Virus record (IMG/VR): IMGVR_UViG_3300042332_000610
Span: 1-59,651 of that record
Length of the DNA: 59,651 bases
Reading direction: 5' to 3' (one strand)
Origin: a virus
Taxonomy: Duplodnaviria > Caudoviricetes
The notes under the pieces are model-generated. The model was given only the letters and a program-made list of their open reading frames with translations. It searched no databases and had not been told where the DNA came from. Shown one piece after another: positions 50,972 to 59,267 of the stretch (its first letter is position 1; each line of letters starts with the position of its first letter). Both the position numbers and the translations under genes were made by a program.

Positions 50972-51324
50972 TATCTAGTTACCTCTGGAGTTACATTAAA
51001 TGTACCTTCTACCAGTCTATCAACAATGTTAGATGGACTAATTATTTCAAGGTCATATACATGTGTTCCAGTAGGAAATCCAGAAGTTACACTTGCTGAA
51101 ATTAATATATCAATAGTTCCAGCTGATCCACCCAGAGTAATTCCGCTACCAGAAACTAGAGAAACTACTGGATCTGTTGAATAATAAGCTTCTCTTACCT
51201 GAAGTCTTGAGGAGTAGCCAGTTAAATTTACTGGAACTTCATCCAGGGTGTATGTTAGAGTCCTTCTAAAGGTACTACCTTGAGGACAAACAAAGTTTAC
51301 AAGCCCTGGGGTCATGTTGGGCAC
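50971..51324 (-). CDS. Putative BppU-N-like adaptor protein
   Basis: QGSTF...PVNLTGY...VYDLEI...RLVEGTFNVTPEVTR. Confidence 0.65.
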   Translation of the reverse strand: MPNMTPGLVNFVCPQGSTFRRTLTYTLDEVPVNLTGYSSRLQVREAYYSTDPVVSLVSGSGITLGGSAGTIDILISASVTSGFPTGTHVYDLEIISPSNIVDRLVEGTFNVTPEVTR

Positions 51325-51350
51325 TCCTATTTAAATTTTCTTACTTTCTT

Positions 51351-51359
51351 ATTATACCA
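51351..51359 (-). promoter_or_regulatory. Extended -10 promoter TGGTATAAT
   Basis: Intergenic, upstream of the adaptor gene. Confidence 0.5.
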
Positions 51360-51366
51360 AACTATT

Positions 51367-51681
51367 TTATTTCTTATCTGCGATATAAGCTACCAGAACA
51401 TCGTGAATTACTTTTACTTCCCCAGTTAATTGCTTAATATCTGCTTTAATTTCTGATTGATTATCAGCTAAGCATTTTACCTTGTCTGGAATACTTGATC
51501 CACCATTTGGAAATATTTGATGCTCTACACGGTCTAGACGATCTGCTATAGTTCTACCCTTTTCATCTTTACCAAGAATTCTTTCAAATTTTCTTACGGT
51601 TGCATAACCAACGCCTAGAATGGCGGTAAGAGATAAGAACATTTGCCAGTTTTCGACAAACATAGATATTGAATTATTCAC
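51367..51681 (-). CDS. Small membrane protein with coiled coil
   Basis: One N-terminal hydrophobic segment, PNGGSS motif, heptad-like C-terminus. Confidence 0.65.
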   Translation of the reverse strand: MNNSISMFVENWQMFLSLTAILGVGYATVRKFERILGKDEKGRTIADRLDRVEHQIFPNGGSSIPDKVKCLADNQSEIKADIKQLTGEVKVIHDVLVAYIADKK

Positions 51682-51688
51682 GATTTTA

Positions 51689-51727
51689 TGGTATACTCCA
51701 AAGTAAGACTTAATGACAATTATAACA
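51689..51727. promoter_or_regulatory. Face-to-face extended -10 pair: TGGTATACT on + (51689..51697) and TGTTATAAT on - (51719..51727)
   Basis: Both match the motif seen across the window and point at the two divergent flanking genes. Confidence 0.45.
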
Positions 51728-51753
51728 TATAAATAACATAAGGAGATTAATAA

Positions 51754-51975
51754 ATGCCCGAAACTAAAGAAGAAGTTAAGAAAGTATTAAAGATTGCAGA
51801 TCGTTGTGATAAATGTGGTGCTCAAGCATTTGTACTTGCTACTGGAGTTTCGGGGGAATTAATGTTTTGTGGTCATCATTATCACAAATATGAATATGCA
51901 ATTACTCAATGGGCTTACAAAATTGTTAATGAATTAGATACTATTAATGAAAAGTCTGCAAGTAGTAATATTTAA
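51754..51975 (+). CDS. Small plus-strand zinc-binding protein
   Basis: AAGGAG RBS; DRCDKCGAQA...LMFCGHH. Confidence 0.75.
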   Translation: MPETKEEVKKVLKIADRCDKCGAQAFVLATGVSGELMFCGHHYHKYEYAITQWAYKIVNELDTINEKSASSNI

Positions 51976-52296
51976 TTAAGGCTTTGGATATTTTGCTTTT
52001 ACCGCTAAACAAGCAGCAATGTATGCATCAATTTGTTCTTGATCATTTTTAACAATACCATCTAAATAATCTTTAAAATCAGGGTATTCAACAGATCTTG
52101 ATCTTTGATAAGATAGTGCATCGTGTTCTGCTTGAAGTCTTGCTACCTCTGCCAACAAAGTTTCTTCAGAAGGCTTTTCAGTGTCTGTACTTCTCCATTC
52201 AAGACTTTCATAATCATCTCCACTAAGTACCCATTCTGCACCTGGTGCTAAAGATGTCAAAGCATCTGGTAATCCAAAAATTCTATTAAAAATCAT
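51976..52296 (-). CDS. Putative tail-fibre assembly chaperone
   Basis: ALTSLAPGAEW...KPSEE...YQRSRSVEYP...VKAKYPKP; follows three fibre-tip paralogs. Confidence 0.65.
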   Translation of the reverse strand: MIFNRIFGLPDALTSLAPGAEWVLSGDDYESLEWRSTDTEKPSEETLLAEVARLQAEHDALSYQRSRSVEYPDFKDYLDGIVKNDQEQIDAYIAACLAVKAKYPKP

Positions 52297-52320
52297 AACT
52301 TCTCCTATTTATATTATACA

Positions 52321-52869
52321 TCATTGTGCAATCTCAGTAACTGTTAAAATACTTCTTCCCTGAGTTGAATAGTTTTGAGAAGCATTATTATCTTGTGATC
52401 TATTAATAAAAAAGTTTCCAGATCTTGTTTTAACTCTAAGAGAATATAGTCTAGAAGATGCAGAAGAATTTGTCTCTGTCCAATGACCTGAAAAGGTATT
52501 TAATAGATTATTGTCGCCTGAGGTTCCATATGTTTGCTTCCAGGCATCTCCAATATTAAATGTACTGACCATTCCAGTAGATTCTCCAGTATACATACTG
52601 TTTGAATCTTTAAATGGTGCACACCATGCAACCAAGTCTGCATTGTTTTGTACGCCCTGCAATTGCCATTGAACTAATATTAAAGAATTTGATAGTTTTG
52701 GTACAAAAGTAATTGACATTGGTGTAGTTCCATCTGTTACAGTTGTCCAAGATGTTGGTGAAGACATTATTGCACTCGAAGTTAATCTTACTGTTTTTAC
52801 TTGTACTACTGGATTAAATGGACTACCAGCCGTACTTTCCCATGTATCAAATCTTAGTGTTGAAGCCAT
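52321..52869 (-). CDS. Fibre-tip beta-sandwich paralog 3
   Basis: VVQV...ITFVPKLSNSLILV...LTVTEIAQ; start moved to ATG 52869, 6 nt after TATAAT. Confidence 0.7.
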   Translation of the reverse strand: MASTLRFDTWESTAGSPFNPVVQVKTVRLTSSAIMSSPTSWTTVTDGTTPMSITFVPKLSNSLILVQWQLQGVQNNADLVAWCAPFKDSNSMYTGESTGMVSTFNIGDAWKQTYGTSGDNNLLNTFSGHWTETNSSASSRLYSLRVKTRSGNFFINRSQDNNASQNYSTQGRSILTVTEIAQ

Positions 52870-52885
52870 TATATTATTATACCTC

Positions 52886-53467
52886 TCATTGTGCAATCTC
52901 CCAAATAACTCCTGTTGAAACTGAAACTTCATAATCATCTTGTCCAGCACTACCTTGTGCCCTATTTAAATAAAATGTATATGCTGTTCCTCCAGCACTT
53001 CTTACTGCTGGTGCAAATGTTGCTTCAGCCGTGCTTCCTGAATTACAAAAATATTGCATAAATCTATTTTGTGGAGTACTATTCTGATCTGTATCATAGG
53101 TTGATTGCATAAAGCCAGACCATCTTGAATTTCCAGCAATAGAGTTATACCCAGTTTCTCCAGATGTTGTTATTAGCGAACCGCCTTTGTGAATTAAAAA
53201 TACATTGTCGTGATGAAATTCTCCATTTATCATCCATTGCATCATTAAAAGACTATTTGAAAATTTTGGAGTAATTGTTAAGTTTAAATCTGTCACAGTT
53301 GTTCCGTTACCTGAAGTAGCAGATGAGTATGTTGTCCTTGCTTCAGTTCTTACTTTTTGTACTTGAACAACACTTCCTGGAGCATATAATTTATGTCCAG
53401 CAGGTATTGTAATAGTATTACTATTTACTGTTAAGCCTTTTAATTGACCAACACTTAATTCGCTCAT
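52886..53467 (-). CDS. Fibre-tip beta-sandwich paralog 2
   Basis: GSVVQVQ...LTITPKFSNSLL...VIWEIAQ. Confidence 0.7.
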   Translation of the reverse strand: MSELSVGQLKGLTVNSNTITIPAGHKLYAPGSVVQVQKVRTEARTTYSSATSGNGTTVTDLNLTITPKFSNSLLMMQWMINGEFHHDNVFLIHKGGSLITTSGETGYNSIAGNSRWSGFMQSTYDTDQNSTPQNRFMQYFCNSGSTAEATFAPAVRSAGGTAYTFYLNRAQGSAGQDDYEVSVSTGVIWEIAQ

Positions 53468-53964
53468 AATGTTTTTATCTCCATAATTCTAAGGGTTGAT
53501 GTATTGCTTACTGCACCATTAGCTGGATCCCAAACTTTTCTGTTAAACTGATGACTATATGATGCGTGGGGGGATGCCTGAATAGATATTGTTTTTGCTG
53601 TAGTTCCCCAACTATTATGAACATATGTTAAATCTACTGGAGAATATGCTTGATGATAATGCTGACCAATATACCTAGTGTATACAAAGTCATCCCCAAC
53701 TTTAAAATATGCTGTCCACAGATGCCAGTCATTTGTTCCTGTATTTGTACAACTTATATTTGTAGATATTACAATTTTTGATGAAGCATTTATTGGAGTA
53801 AATGATGTTGACATTAATGTTGTTAATCCAGTATAGTTTATAATATCTGTACTTGTTACCTGAACAATTTGTAATGCACCTACTCCAAGCAGGTCAGTCT
53901 GTGCTGTTGACATAGTTTTTGAGCCAGAAAGGTCTTGAATTGTACCAACTTTTAATGTACTCAT
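53464..53964 (-). CDS. Fibre-tip beta-sandwich paralog 1
   Basis: MSTLKVGTIQ...GALQIVQ...FTPINASSKIVI...LRIMEI; TAATG coupling to the upstream gene. Confidence 0.7.
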   Translation of the reverse strand: MSTLKVGTIQDLSGSKTMSTAQTDLLGVGALQIVQVTSTDIINYTGLTTLMSTSFTPINASSKIVISTNISCTNTGTNDWHLWTAYFKVGDDFVYTRYIGQHYHQAYSPVDLTYVHNSWGTTAKTISIQASPHASYSHQFNRKVWDPANGAVSNTSTLRIMEIKTL

Positions 53965-54503
53965 TATACAACGCTCCAAGCAGATCCGTCAGGAATTGTA
54001 ACAGTTACTCCATCAGCAATTGTAATTGGTCCTGCGGTAACTCCATTATACCCTGAAGGAAGTGTATAATTTGTATTTATTGTTTTTAAATTTAATCTCA
54101 TAAATACATCATCTGAACTTCCTAACTGTACCCAACCAGATCCACTATATGTTTTTAATAATGGTGATGTTCCAGATGAATCAATCCACATATCTCCAGT
54201 AGCAACACCAGTTGGGGATGCAGATGTATATGGAATTAATTTTTCATACTGAGCAGAAGCAGATGTCTGTGTAAGATAGGTTGTAGAAGCAGAGGACCTA
54301 GTTAAGTAAGTTGTTGAAGCAGATGCTTGTGTTAAATAGTTTGTAGAGGCAGACAGTTGACTTAAATATGTAGTCTGTAGTACGGCTTCTTCAAGATATC
54401 CAAAACCTGCATCTTCTCCTGATCTTTTCCAAACATTTCCATCCCAATAATATCCTTGATATAAATCATTAATTTCTGGATCAAGAGGAAATAAAGTAGC
54501 CAT
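53964..54503 (-). CDS. Fibre anchor/linker protein with four 11-aa YLxxxSASxx repeats
   Basis: YLSQLSASTN, YLTQASASTT, YLTRSSASTT, YLTQTSASAQ; GDMWIDSS; ends GPITIADGVTVTIPDGSAWSVV. Confidence 0.7.
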   Translation of the reverse strand: MATLFPLDPEINDLYQGYYWDGNVWKRSGEDAGFGYLEEAVLQTTYLSQLSASTNYLTQASASTTYLTRSSASTTYLTQTSASAQYEKLIPYTSASPTGVATGDMWIDSSGTSPLLKTYSGSGWVQLGSSDDVFMRLNLKTINTNYTLPSGYNGVTAGPITIADGVTVTIPDGSAWSVV

Positions 54504-54564
54504 AATATTATAATTATACCATTTTAATTTTGTTTAATATTATATTTAATAGATAGGATTGATA

Positions 54565-54936
54565 TTAGGAAGCTGTTTCTTCAGGAGTCATTAATTCCCA
54601 ATCTATTAAATCTTCATTCCAAACATAATATGATCCCTCTGGAACTTCACTTGGATAAGGGACTGGAGATTGCCATTGGCAAACAGTTTCATCTAATATC
54701 CAGGAATTAAATGGTTTTGGTGGAATAAAAGCATCAAGATCTAAATCATATGAATACCCTATACCAGCATAGTTCTTTCTAGTATTTCCATTATATGAGG
54801 TACGAATACAAGTTTGATTTCTAAAATTACCATACCAGATTTCTGGGGATAATTCTTCAATTAATTCTGTTTCATCAATGCCAACAATAACTTCAGTTAC
54901 AATGTTGTTTTCATCTAAAAATGCATAATGTGCCAT
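54565..54936 (-). CDS. MAHYA-type small protein following a Gly-rich gene
   Basis: Paralog of 45536..45919; TGATATAAT 6 nt before the ATG. Confidence 0.7.
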   Translation of the reverse strand: MAHYAFLDENNIVTEVIVGIDETELIEELSPEIWYGNFRNQTCIRTSYNGNTRKNYAGIGYSYDLDLDAFIPPKPFNSWILDETVCQWQSPVPYPSEVPEGSYYVWNEDLIDWELMTPEETAS

Positions 54937-54982
54937 AAATATATTATATCAGATTTGTTTTAGAATGTCTAAAAGTTTGCTA

Positions 54983-55705
54983 TTATGCTACAAAAGTTCC
55001 GTTTGTTGTAAATGTATGATAAGTAAATCCGCCACCAGAAGATACAGTTCCACCTGTTCCTCGTTGTGTACCTGAGTAACGTACTATAACAATGCCACCT
55101 GTACCAGACTGTTGGGAACCACCACCATGACCATATCCTGATGCTGTAGAACCGCCACCATTGTTTGAACCACCTGTACCACCAATGGCATAAGTAACTC
55201 CTAGTGATTTCCAGTTAGTTCCTGGTCCACCTGCACCACCACTAAACTGGTTTGTGCTTGTGCCTACACCAGCAGAACCACCGCCACCACCTGAAGCACC
55301 ACTAACCGCTGCTTGGAAACCACCAGTTCCACCTGCATAACCTTGTCCAGCAGTACCTTGACCAACTGCACTACCATGGTTTCCAGAACCACCAGAGCCA
55401 CCAGTAGTACCACCAGTTCCACCACCAATAGCGGTTAAAGTAAAACCAGTTGTGTTACTACCGTTAGAACTGCCAACTCCAGCAGCACCAACAACAAAGG
55501 CATAACTGTTTCGTGCATTTACTGTTTGCACACCCTGCAGTAAACCACCAGCACCACTAGCAGCACCATTGCCAACAGAACTACCACCACCAGCAACTAA
55601 TAAATAATCAATTTCGTAAGCCACTCCTGGAGATGAATCAAAAGCCCTGCTGACCTTTGGCATTCCCTGACTAATGCTTGACTTATTAAAAAACTTAACA
55701 GCCAT
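54983..55705 (-). CDS. Glycine-rich putative fibre-tip/adhesin protein
   Basis: IDYLLVAGGG, GAGGLLQG, GGIVIVRY, FTYHTFTTNGTF. Confidence 0.7.
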   Translation of the reverse strand: MAVKFFNKSSISQGMPKVSRAFDSSPGVAYEIDYLLVAGGGSSVGNGAASGAGGLLQGVQTVNARNSYAFVVGAAGVGSSNGSNTTGFTLTAIGGGTGGTTGGSGGSGNHGSAVGQGTAGQGYAGGTGGFQAAVSGASGGGGGSAGVGTSTNQFSGGAGGPGTNWKSLGVTYAIGGTGGSNNGGGSTASGYGHGGGSQQSGTGGIVIVRYSGTQRGTGGTVSSGGGFTYHTFTTNGTFVA

Positions 55706-56034
55706 TAAGAAATCTCCGCACCAAATATTCCAAACGATGTACTTGCACTTGAAGCATAAATAGTTACCACATCAGTAGCAGAAAGAGTAATGCCAAGGGT
55801 AAGAGCGGTTGTGTCATTAGCGAGAAGGGTAACATCGTAAGCAATATAGTGCTGATTTGCTAATGTTGCACCTAATGGACGAATAGCAATACGATAAGAT
55901 GCAGAAGTAGCAGCACGATTGGCTACAGTCATGGTTGAAACTACTGCTTGTTTGCCAGAGCCTACCGTGTAGATGTCTGTAGCTGTTGTAGCAGCAGGTG
56001 CACTTTGTGCAAGTACTTTATATGTTAATGCCAT
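55705..56034 (-). CDS. ~110-aa beta-sandwich adaptor (MALTYKVLAQ type)
   Basis: YKVLAQSAP...IYTV...VSTMTVANR...LGITL...FGAEIS. Confidence 0.7.
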   Translation of the reverse strand: MALTYKVLAQSAPAATTATDIYTVGSGKQAVVSTMTVANRAATSASYRIAIRPLGATLANQHYIAYDVTLLANDTTALTLGITLSATDVVTIYASSASTSFGIFGAEIS

Positions 56035-56035
56035 T

Positions 56036-56515
56036 TTATCCTCCCATCAATAAAAACGGATGTACTGTATTTTGTTCTATTATACCAGGTATAGAAGCAG
56101 ATGTTGCATATAAAGATAGGTCTAGAATTCCCCAAGATGCTACTGATCCACTTGTAGTTAGATATTTTCCATCATTTCCTGTTTGGGATGGTAGTGCATC
56201 TATATTATCTAAATCTGTTTGTGTTGCATAAATTGTCGAGGCAGAAGATGCTGTAAGATATTCAGAATAATCTGTTGGGGCTCCAGATATTTCTACCCAA
56301 TATACAGAATCATACATAAATAATTCATTTGTATCTGTATCAAACCATAGTTGTCCTTCTCCAGGAGAAGCTGGGGGATTAGAAGATATTGAAATGCTAG
56401 GAGTGAATTCATCTACATATTCAGTAGTTGCATATCCAGTTAAATCTGGAGTACCAGAAACTAGGGGAAGCCAATTTATTCCATCACTTATATATGCTTT
56501 TTTAGCATTTGGCAT
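56036..56515 (-). CDS. Fibre anchor/linker protein
   Basis: PGEGQLWFDT, YATQTDLDNIDALPSQTGN, ends VHPFLLMGG. Confidence 0.7.
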   Translation of the reverse strand: MPNAKKAYISDGINWLPLVSGTPDLTGYATTEYVDEFTPSISISSNPPASPGEGQLWFDTDTNELFMYDSVYWVEISGAPTDYSEYLTASSASTIYATQTDLDNIDALPSQTGNDGKYLTTSGSVASWGILDLSLYATSASIPGIIEQNTVHPFLLMGG

Positions 56516-56601
56516 AATTTAATCAGCCTCCTTTTTTATATTTAATTATATCATCTTAGTTATATTGTATTAGTAAAAGTTATTTAATTAGTAATATTTA
56601 A

Positions 56602-57414
56602 CTATCTAACAAATATCCAAGCTGTGTGATCTGTAGTAGTTCCATCATTGCTATAAATTCTTGCAGAATCATCTCTTGCTAAATTACCTCTCCAGGTATA
56701 TGCTATGGTATTATCAACTCTTGCAGCAATACCACCAGTTGACTCTTGAGATATTGGCGTTGAAGCAATTCTTGCACCATCATTAATTAAGCTATAGTTA
56801 AACATAAGAGTGTTTGAACTAAAGGAAGAGCTACCATTTGTCATTGAATCTCCAGAAGCTCCTATAATTGAAGAAACATCACTAACGTATGAAGTATTGT
56901 TTGCTCTTGCAAATCTATTTAAAAATGTATCTTGACTACTTAACCTATATCCTTTATATCTAATAGATCCATTAAAATTTTCTCTAATCATCATATCTTG
57001 AAATGAGTATGATGTAAATGCAGGAAGCCTAAAATTAGCTTTATTAGATAAAGAGTTTGCTACAGATATATTTAAATTATTACCTGATGCTGCAGTAAAC
57101 CAGTTTGTTCCAGTACCATAATCTCCCTCAAGCCAGGTAGTTATATCTCCAGTAAAATTTGTAACACAAAATGCTAACAACCATCCACCACCAAGAGTAT
57201 TCATATCGCACCAGACTTGATGCTTTGTTGAGTCTCCAGATGGTAGTTGTATGTAGTATGCTCCATCATCTACTACACCTTCAGTATTTTTTAAAAACAA
57301 TGCACTTGGTGCTGGATTATCAATTGTCCCAAATGGTATGGACTCTCTAATTATTTTTGTAGACCCATGCCAATTAGAAACTTTACTTCCTACAAAAGTT
57401 CTATTTCTAAACAT
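56602..57414 (-). CDS. Fibrinogen-like (xCDxxxxGGGW) domain protein, putative carbohydrate-binding tip
   Basis: GTIDNPAPSA...DGAYYI...QVWCDMNTLGGGWLL...WIFVR. Confidence 0.75.
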   Translation of the reverse strand: MFRNRTFVGSKVSNWHGSTKIIRESIPFGTIDNPAPSALFLKNTEGVVDDGAYYIQLPSGDSTKHQVWCDMNTLGGGWLLAFCVTNFTGDITTWLEGDYGTGTNWFTAASGNNLNISVANSLSNKANFRLPAFTSYSFQDMMIRENFNGSIRYKGYRLSSQDTFLNRFARANNTSYVSDVSSIIGASGDSMTNGSSSFSSNTLMFNYSLINDGARIASTPISQESTGGIAARVDNTIAYTWRGNLARDDSARIYSNDGTTTDHTAWIFVR

Positions 57415-57776
57415 TAGGTAATCCTATTTACATAACCTGACAAAGTTATAACGTTTGCAGATGATGCATATGCATATACTGTTGTTGATGCTGAACCAGT
57501 TCCTTTTAGCAATAGTCCAGGAAGTACTAACACTAGTCCAGATTGTGAAGGAATTGATACTTTTATATCGTTATCTGGTGAAGATGTTCCAGCGTGTTGA
57601 ACTGTTAATATTGAAGATGTTGAGGCTGAGTTATAAGCATACAACCAAATCTCATCTATTGTTGAAGCAGATGTGGTAGTTGAGTGAATTGTTGTTCCAG
57701 TAGATGATGTTGCTACAACTTTTATTGGAGCACCATTTGTACTTACTGATAAAAATTCTTTTGTATATGTAGCCAT
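57414..57776 (-). CDS. ~120-aa beta-sandwich adaptor (MATYTK type)
   Basis: Close paralog of 46830..47192; TATAAT 7 nt before the ATG. Confidence 0.7.
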   Translation of the reverse strand: MATYTKEFLSVSTNGAPIKVVATSSTGTTIHSTTTSASTIDEIWLYAYNSASTSSILTVQHAGTSSPDNDIKVSIPSQSGLVLVLPGLLLKGTGSASTTVYAYASSANVITLSGYVNRIT

Positions 57777-57802
57777 ATTATATATTATACCTCATTTTTA
57801 TT

Positions 57803-58375
57803 TTATCCCATAAACATAGATGAAGCAATTATTGCTTGTGGATCATCTACTGCAGAACCTAATTGAACCCAGGAAGATCCGTTATATGTTTTTAAAGCTG
57901 GTGGACTTGTTGAAGAATCTACCCATAAGTCTCCAGTTGCTGGAGTTGATGGAGTAGAAGAGGAATATGGAATTAATTTTTCATATTGAGTAGATGCTGA
58001 TGATTGCGTAAGATAAAGACTTAAATCTAAAGTTCCCCAACTACTTACAGATCCAGAAGTAGTTAAATATTTTCCACCATTTCCATTTTGAGAAGGAAGA
58101 GTAGCAGATTCTGGGATATTTGAAAAATAGTTATTATCTCCATCCATTACTTTATTTGTTAGTATTTGATATCCAGAGGCTGTTGCATAAGTTATTTCTT
58201 CAATTACCTCGTTTGAATCTACCCAAATAAATCCTGGCTCGTGATAGTCTGGCTCTGTTGCTGAATAAGTAAAAGGCTTCCAATTCTCACCAATAATATT
58301 CCAAGACTCTCCATCAAAAGCATAATCTTGAAATTGTTGTCCAACAGAAGCGGATAGTGGAAAAATTGTAGCCAT
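57803..58375 (-). CDS. Fibre anchor/linker protein (mosaic)
   Basis: MATIFP..., LPSQNGNGGKYLTT, YEKLIPY, GDLWVDSS, ends DDPQAIIASSMFMG. Confidence 0.7.
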   Translation of the reverse strand: MATIFPLSASVGQQFQDYAFDGESWNIIGENWKPFTYSATEPDYHEPGFIWVDSNEVIEEITYATASGYQILTNKVMDGDNNYFSNIPESATLPSQNGNGGKYLTTSGSVSSWGTLDLSLYLTQSSASTQYEKLIPYSSSTPSTPATGDLWVDSSTSPPALKTYNGSSWVQLGSAVDDPQAIIASSMFMG

Positions 58376-58419
58376 AGTATCTTAATTATATCATTATATG
58401 TATTATGTTAATAAGGTTA

Positions 58420-59259
58420 TTATGAGAATGTTACTGTTCCTGTGCCAGCAGTAATACTGGTAACTTTAAATCCACCAGAAGGTGATGCAGTTGTTGCTGT
58501 TAATCCAGAAGTAGTTACTGTGTAAGCATCTGGATATTTTAAGATTATAATTCCTGAACCTCCATTACCATTAGCCCCACCACCACCAGAACCTGAGTTA
58601 GCTGTTGCATTTGGAGATGCTGGAAAACCAGAACGATATCCGTTATCTAGCCTTCCTCCTCCTCCTGCATATCCTAAGCTTGTGCCAGAAATAGAACTTA
58701 AAATTCCGTTACCACCATTACCAGCAACTCCACTCACTCCATTAGATCCAGCTGTTCCTGCTCCACCACCACCACCTGCTGCATCATCATTTCCTGCAGA
58801 TCTTGCCCCACCTTGATTACCTTGACCAGCAGTTCCTGGTGCGTTATTTGGAGCAGTTCCACCACCACCAGTACCTCCTTGTCCTCCACCAGAACCACCT
58901 GAAGATCCTGAAGATCCAGCACCACCACCAGCACCTCCGCCAGCAATAGTTGTTAGTCCAATACCTGTTGTATTATTTCCATTTCCACCTATTGCCCAAG
59001 GACCATCAAATCTATTTGATGTAGAACCCGATGGTCCTCCTGCACCAATAGTAATTGCATAAGAGCTTGTAGCTAAAGAAGTAGATCCTTGAAGCAAGCC
59101 TCCAGCACCACCACCTGCGAACTGTGGACTGCTTCCTCCGTGTCCTCCACCGCCACCTCCAGCAGCTATAAGATACTGAACACTAAGTGGTGGACGACTA
59201 CTATTTTTTCTTGTACCAAGAACTCCAAGAGTTCCGCTAACACTATTTAAAAATGGCAT
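58420..59259 (-). CDS. Glycine-rich putative fibre-tip/adhesin protein
   Basis: VQYLIAAGGGGG, GGGAGGLL, GGSGIIILKYP, TAGTGTVTFS. Confidence 0.7.
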   Translation of the reverse strand: MPFLNSVSGTLGVLGTRKNSSRPPLSVQYLIAAGGGGGGHGGSSPQFAGGGAGGLLQGSTSLATSSYAITIGAGGPSGSTSNRFDGPWAIGGNGNNTTGIGLTTIAGGGAGGGAGSSGSSGGSGGGQGGTGGGGTAPNNAPGTAGQGNQGGARSAGNDDAAGGGGGAGTAGSNGVSGVAGNGGNGILSSISGTSLGYAGGGGRLDNGYRSGFPASPNATANSGSGGGGANGNGGSGIIILKYPDAYTVTTSGLTATTASPSGGFKVTSITAGTGTVTFS

Positions 59260-59267
59260 ACAATCTC

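Noticed and set aside
54250-54375. Regularly spaced repeats as a possible CRISPR-like array
   Set aside because: Degenerate in-frame coding repeats (YLTxxSASTT) with no spacers
88-58946. Numerous short ORF-track entries inside long genes (e.g. 88..279, 1587..1817, 3972..4184, 7170..7511, 13206..13448, 20084..20356, 32236..32514, 39720..39950, 49584..49814, 58734..58946)
   Set aside because: Antisense or alternate-frame shadows of well-supported genes, with no RBS or recognisable motifs
45919-59259. Gly-rich proteins as mycobacterial PE-PGRS or collagen genes
   Set aside because: No PE domain and no sustained Gly-X-Y period; they fit the phage glycine-rich domain pattern bounded by LxAGGG and GxGIxIxxY-like motifs
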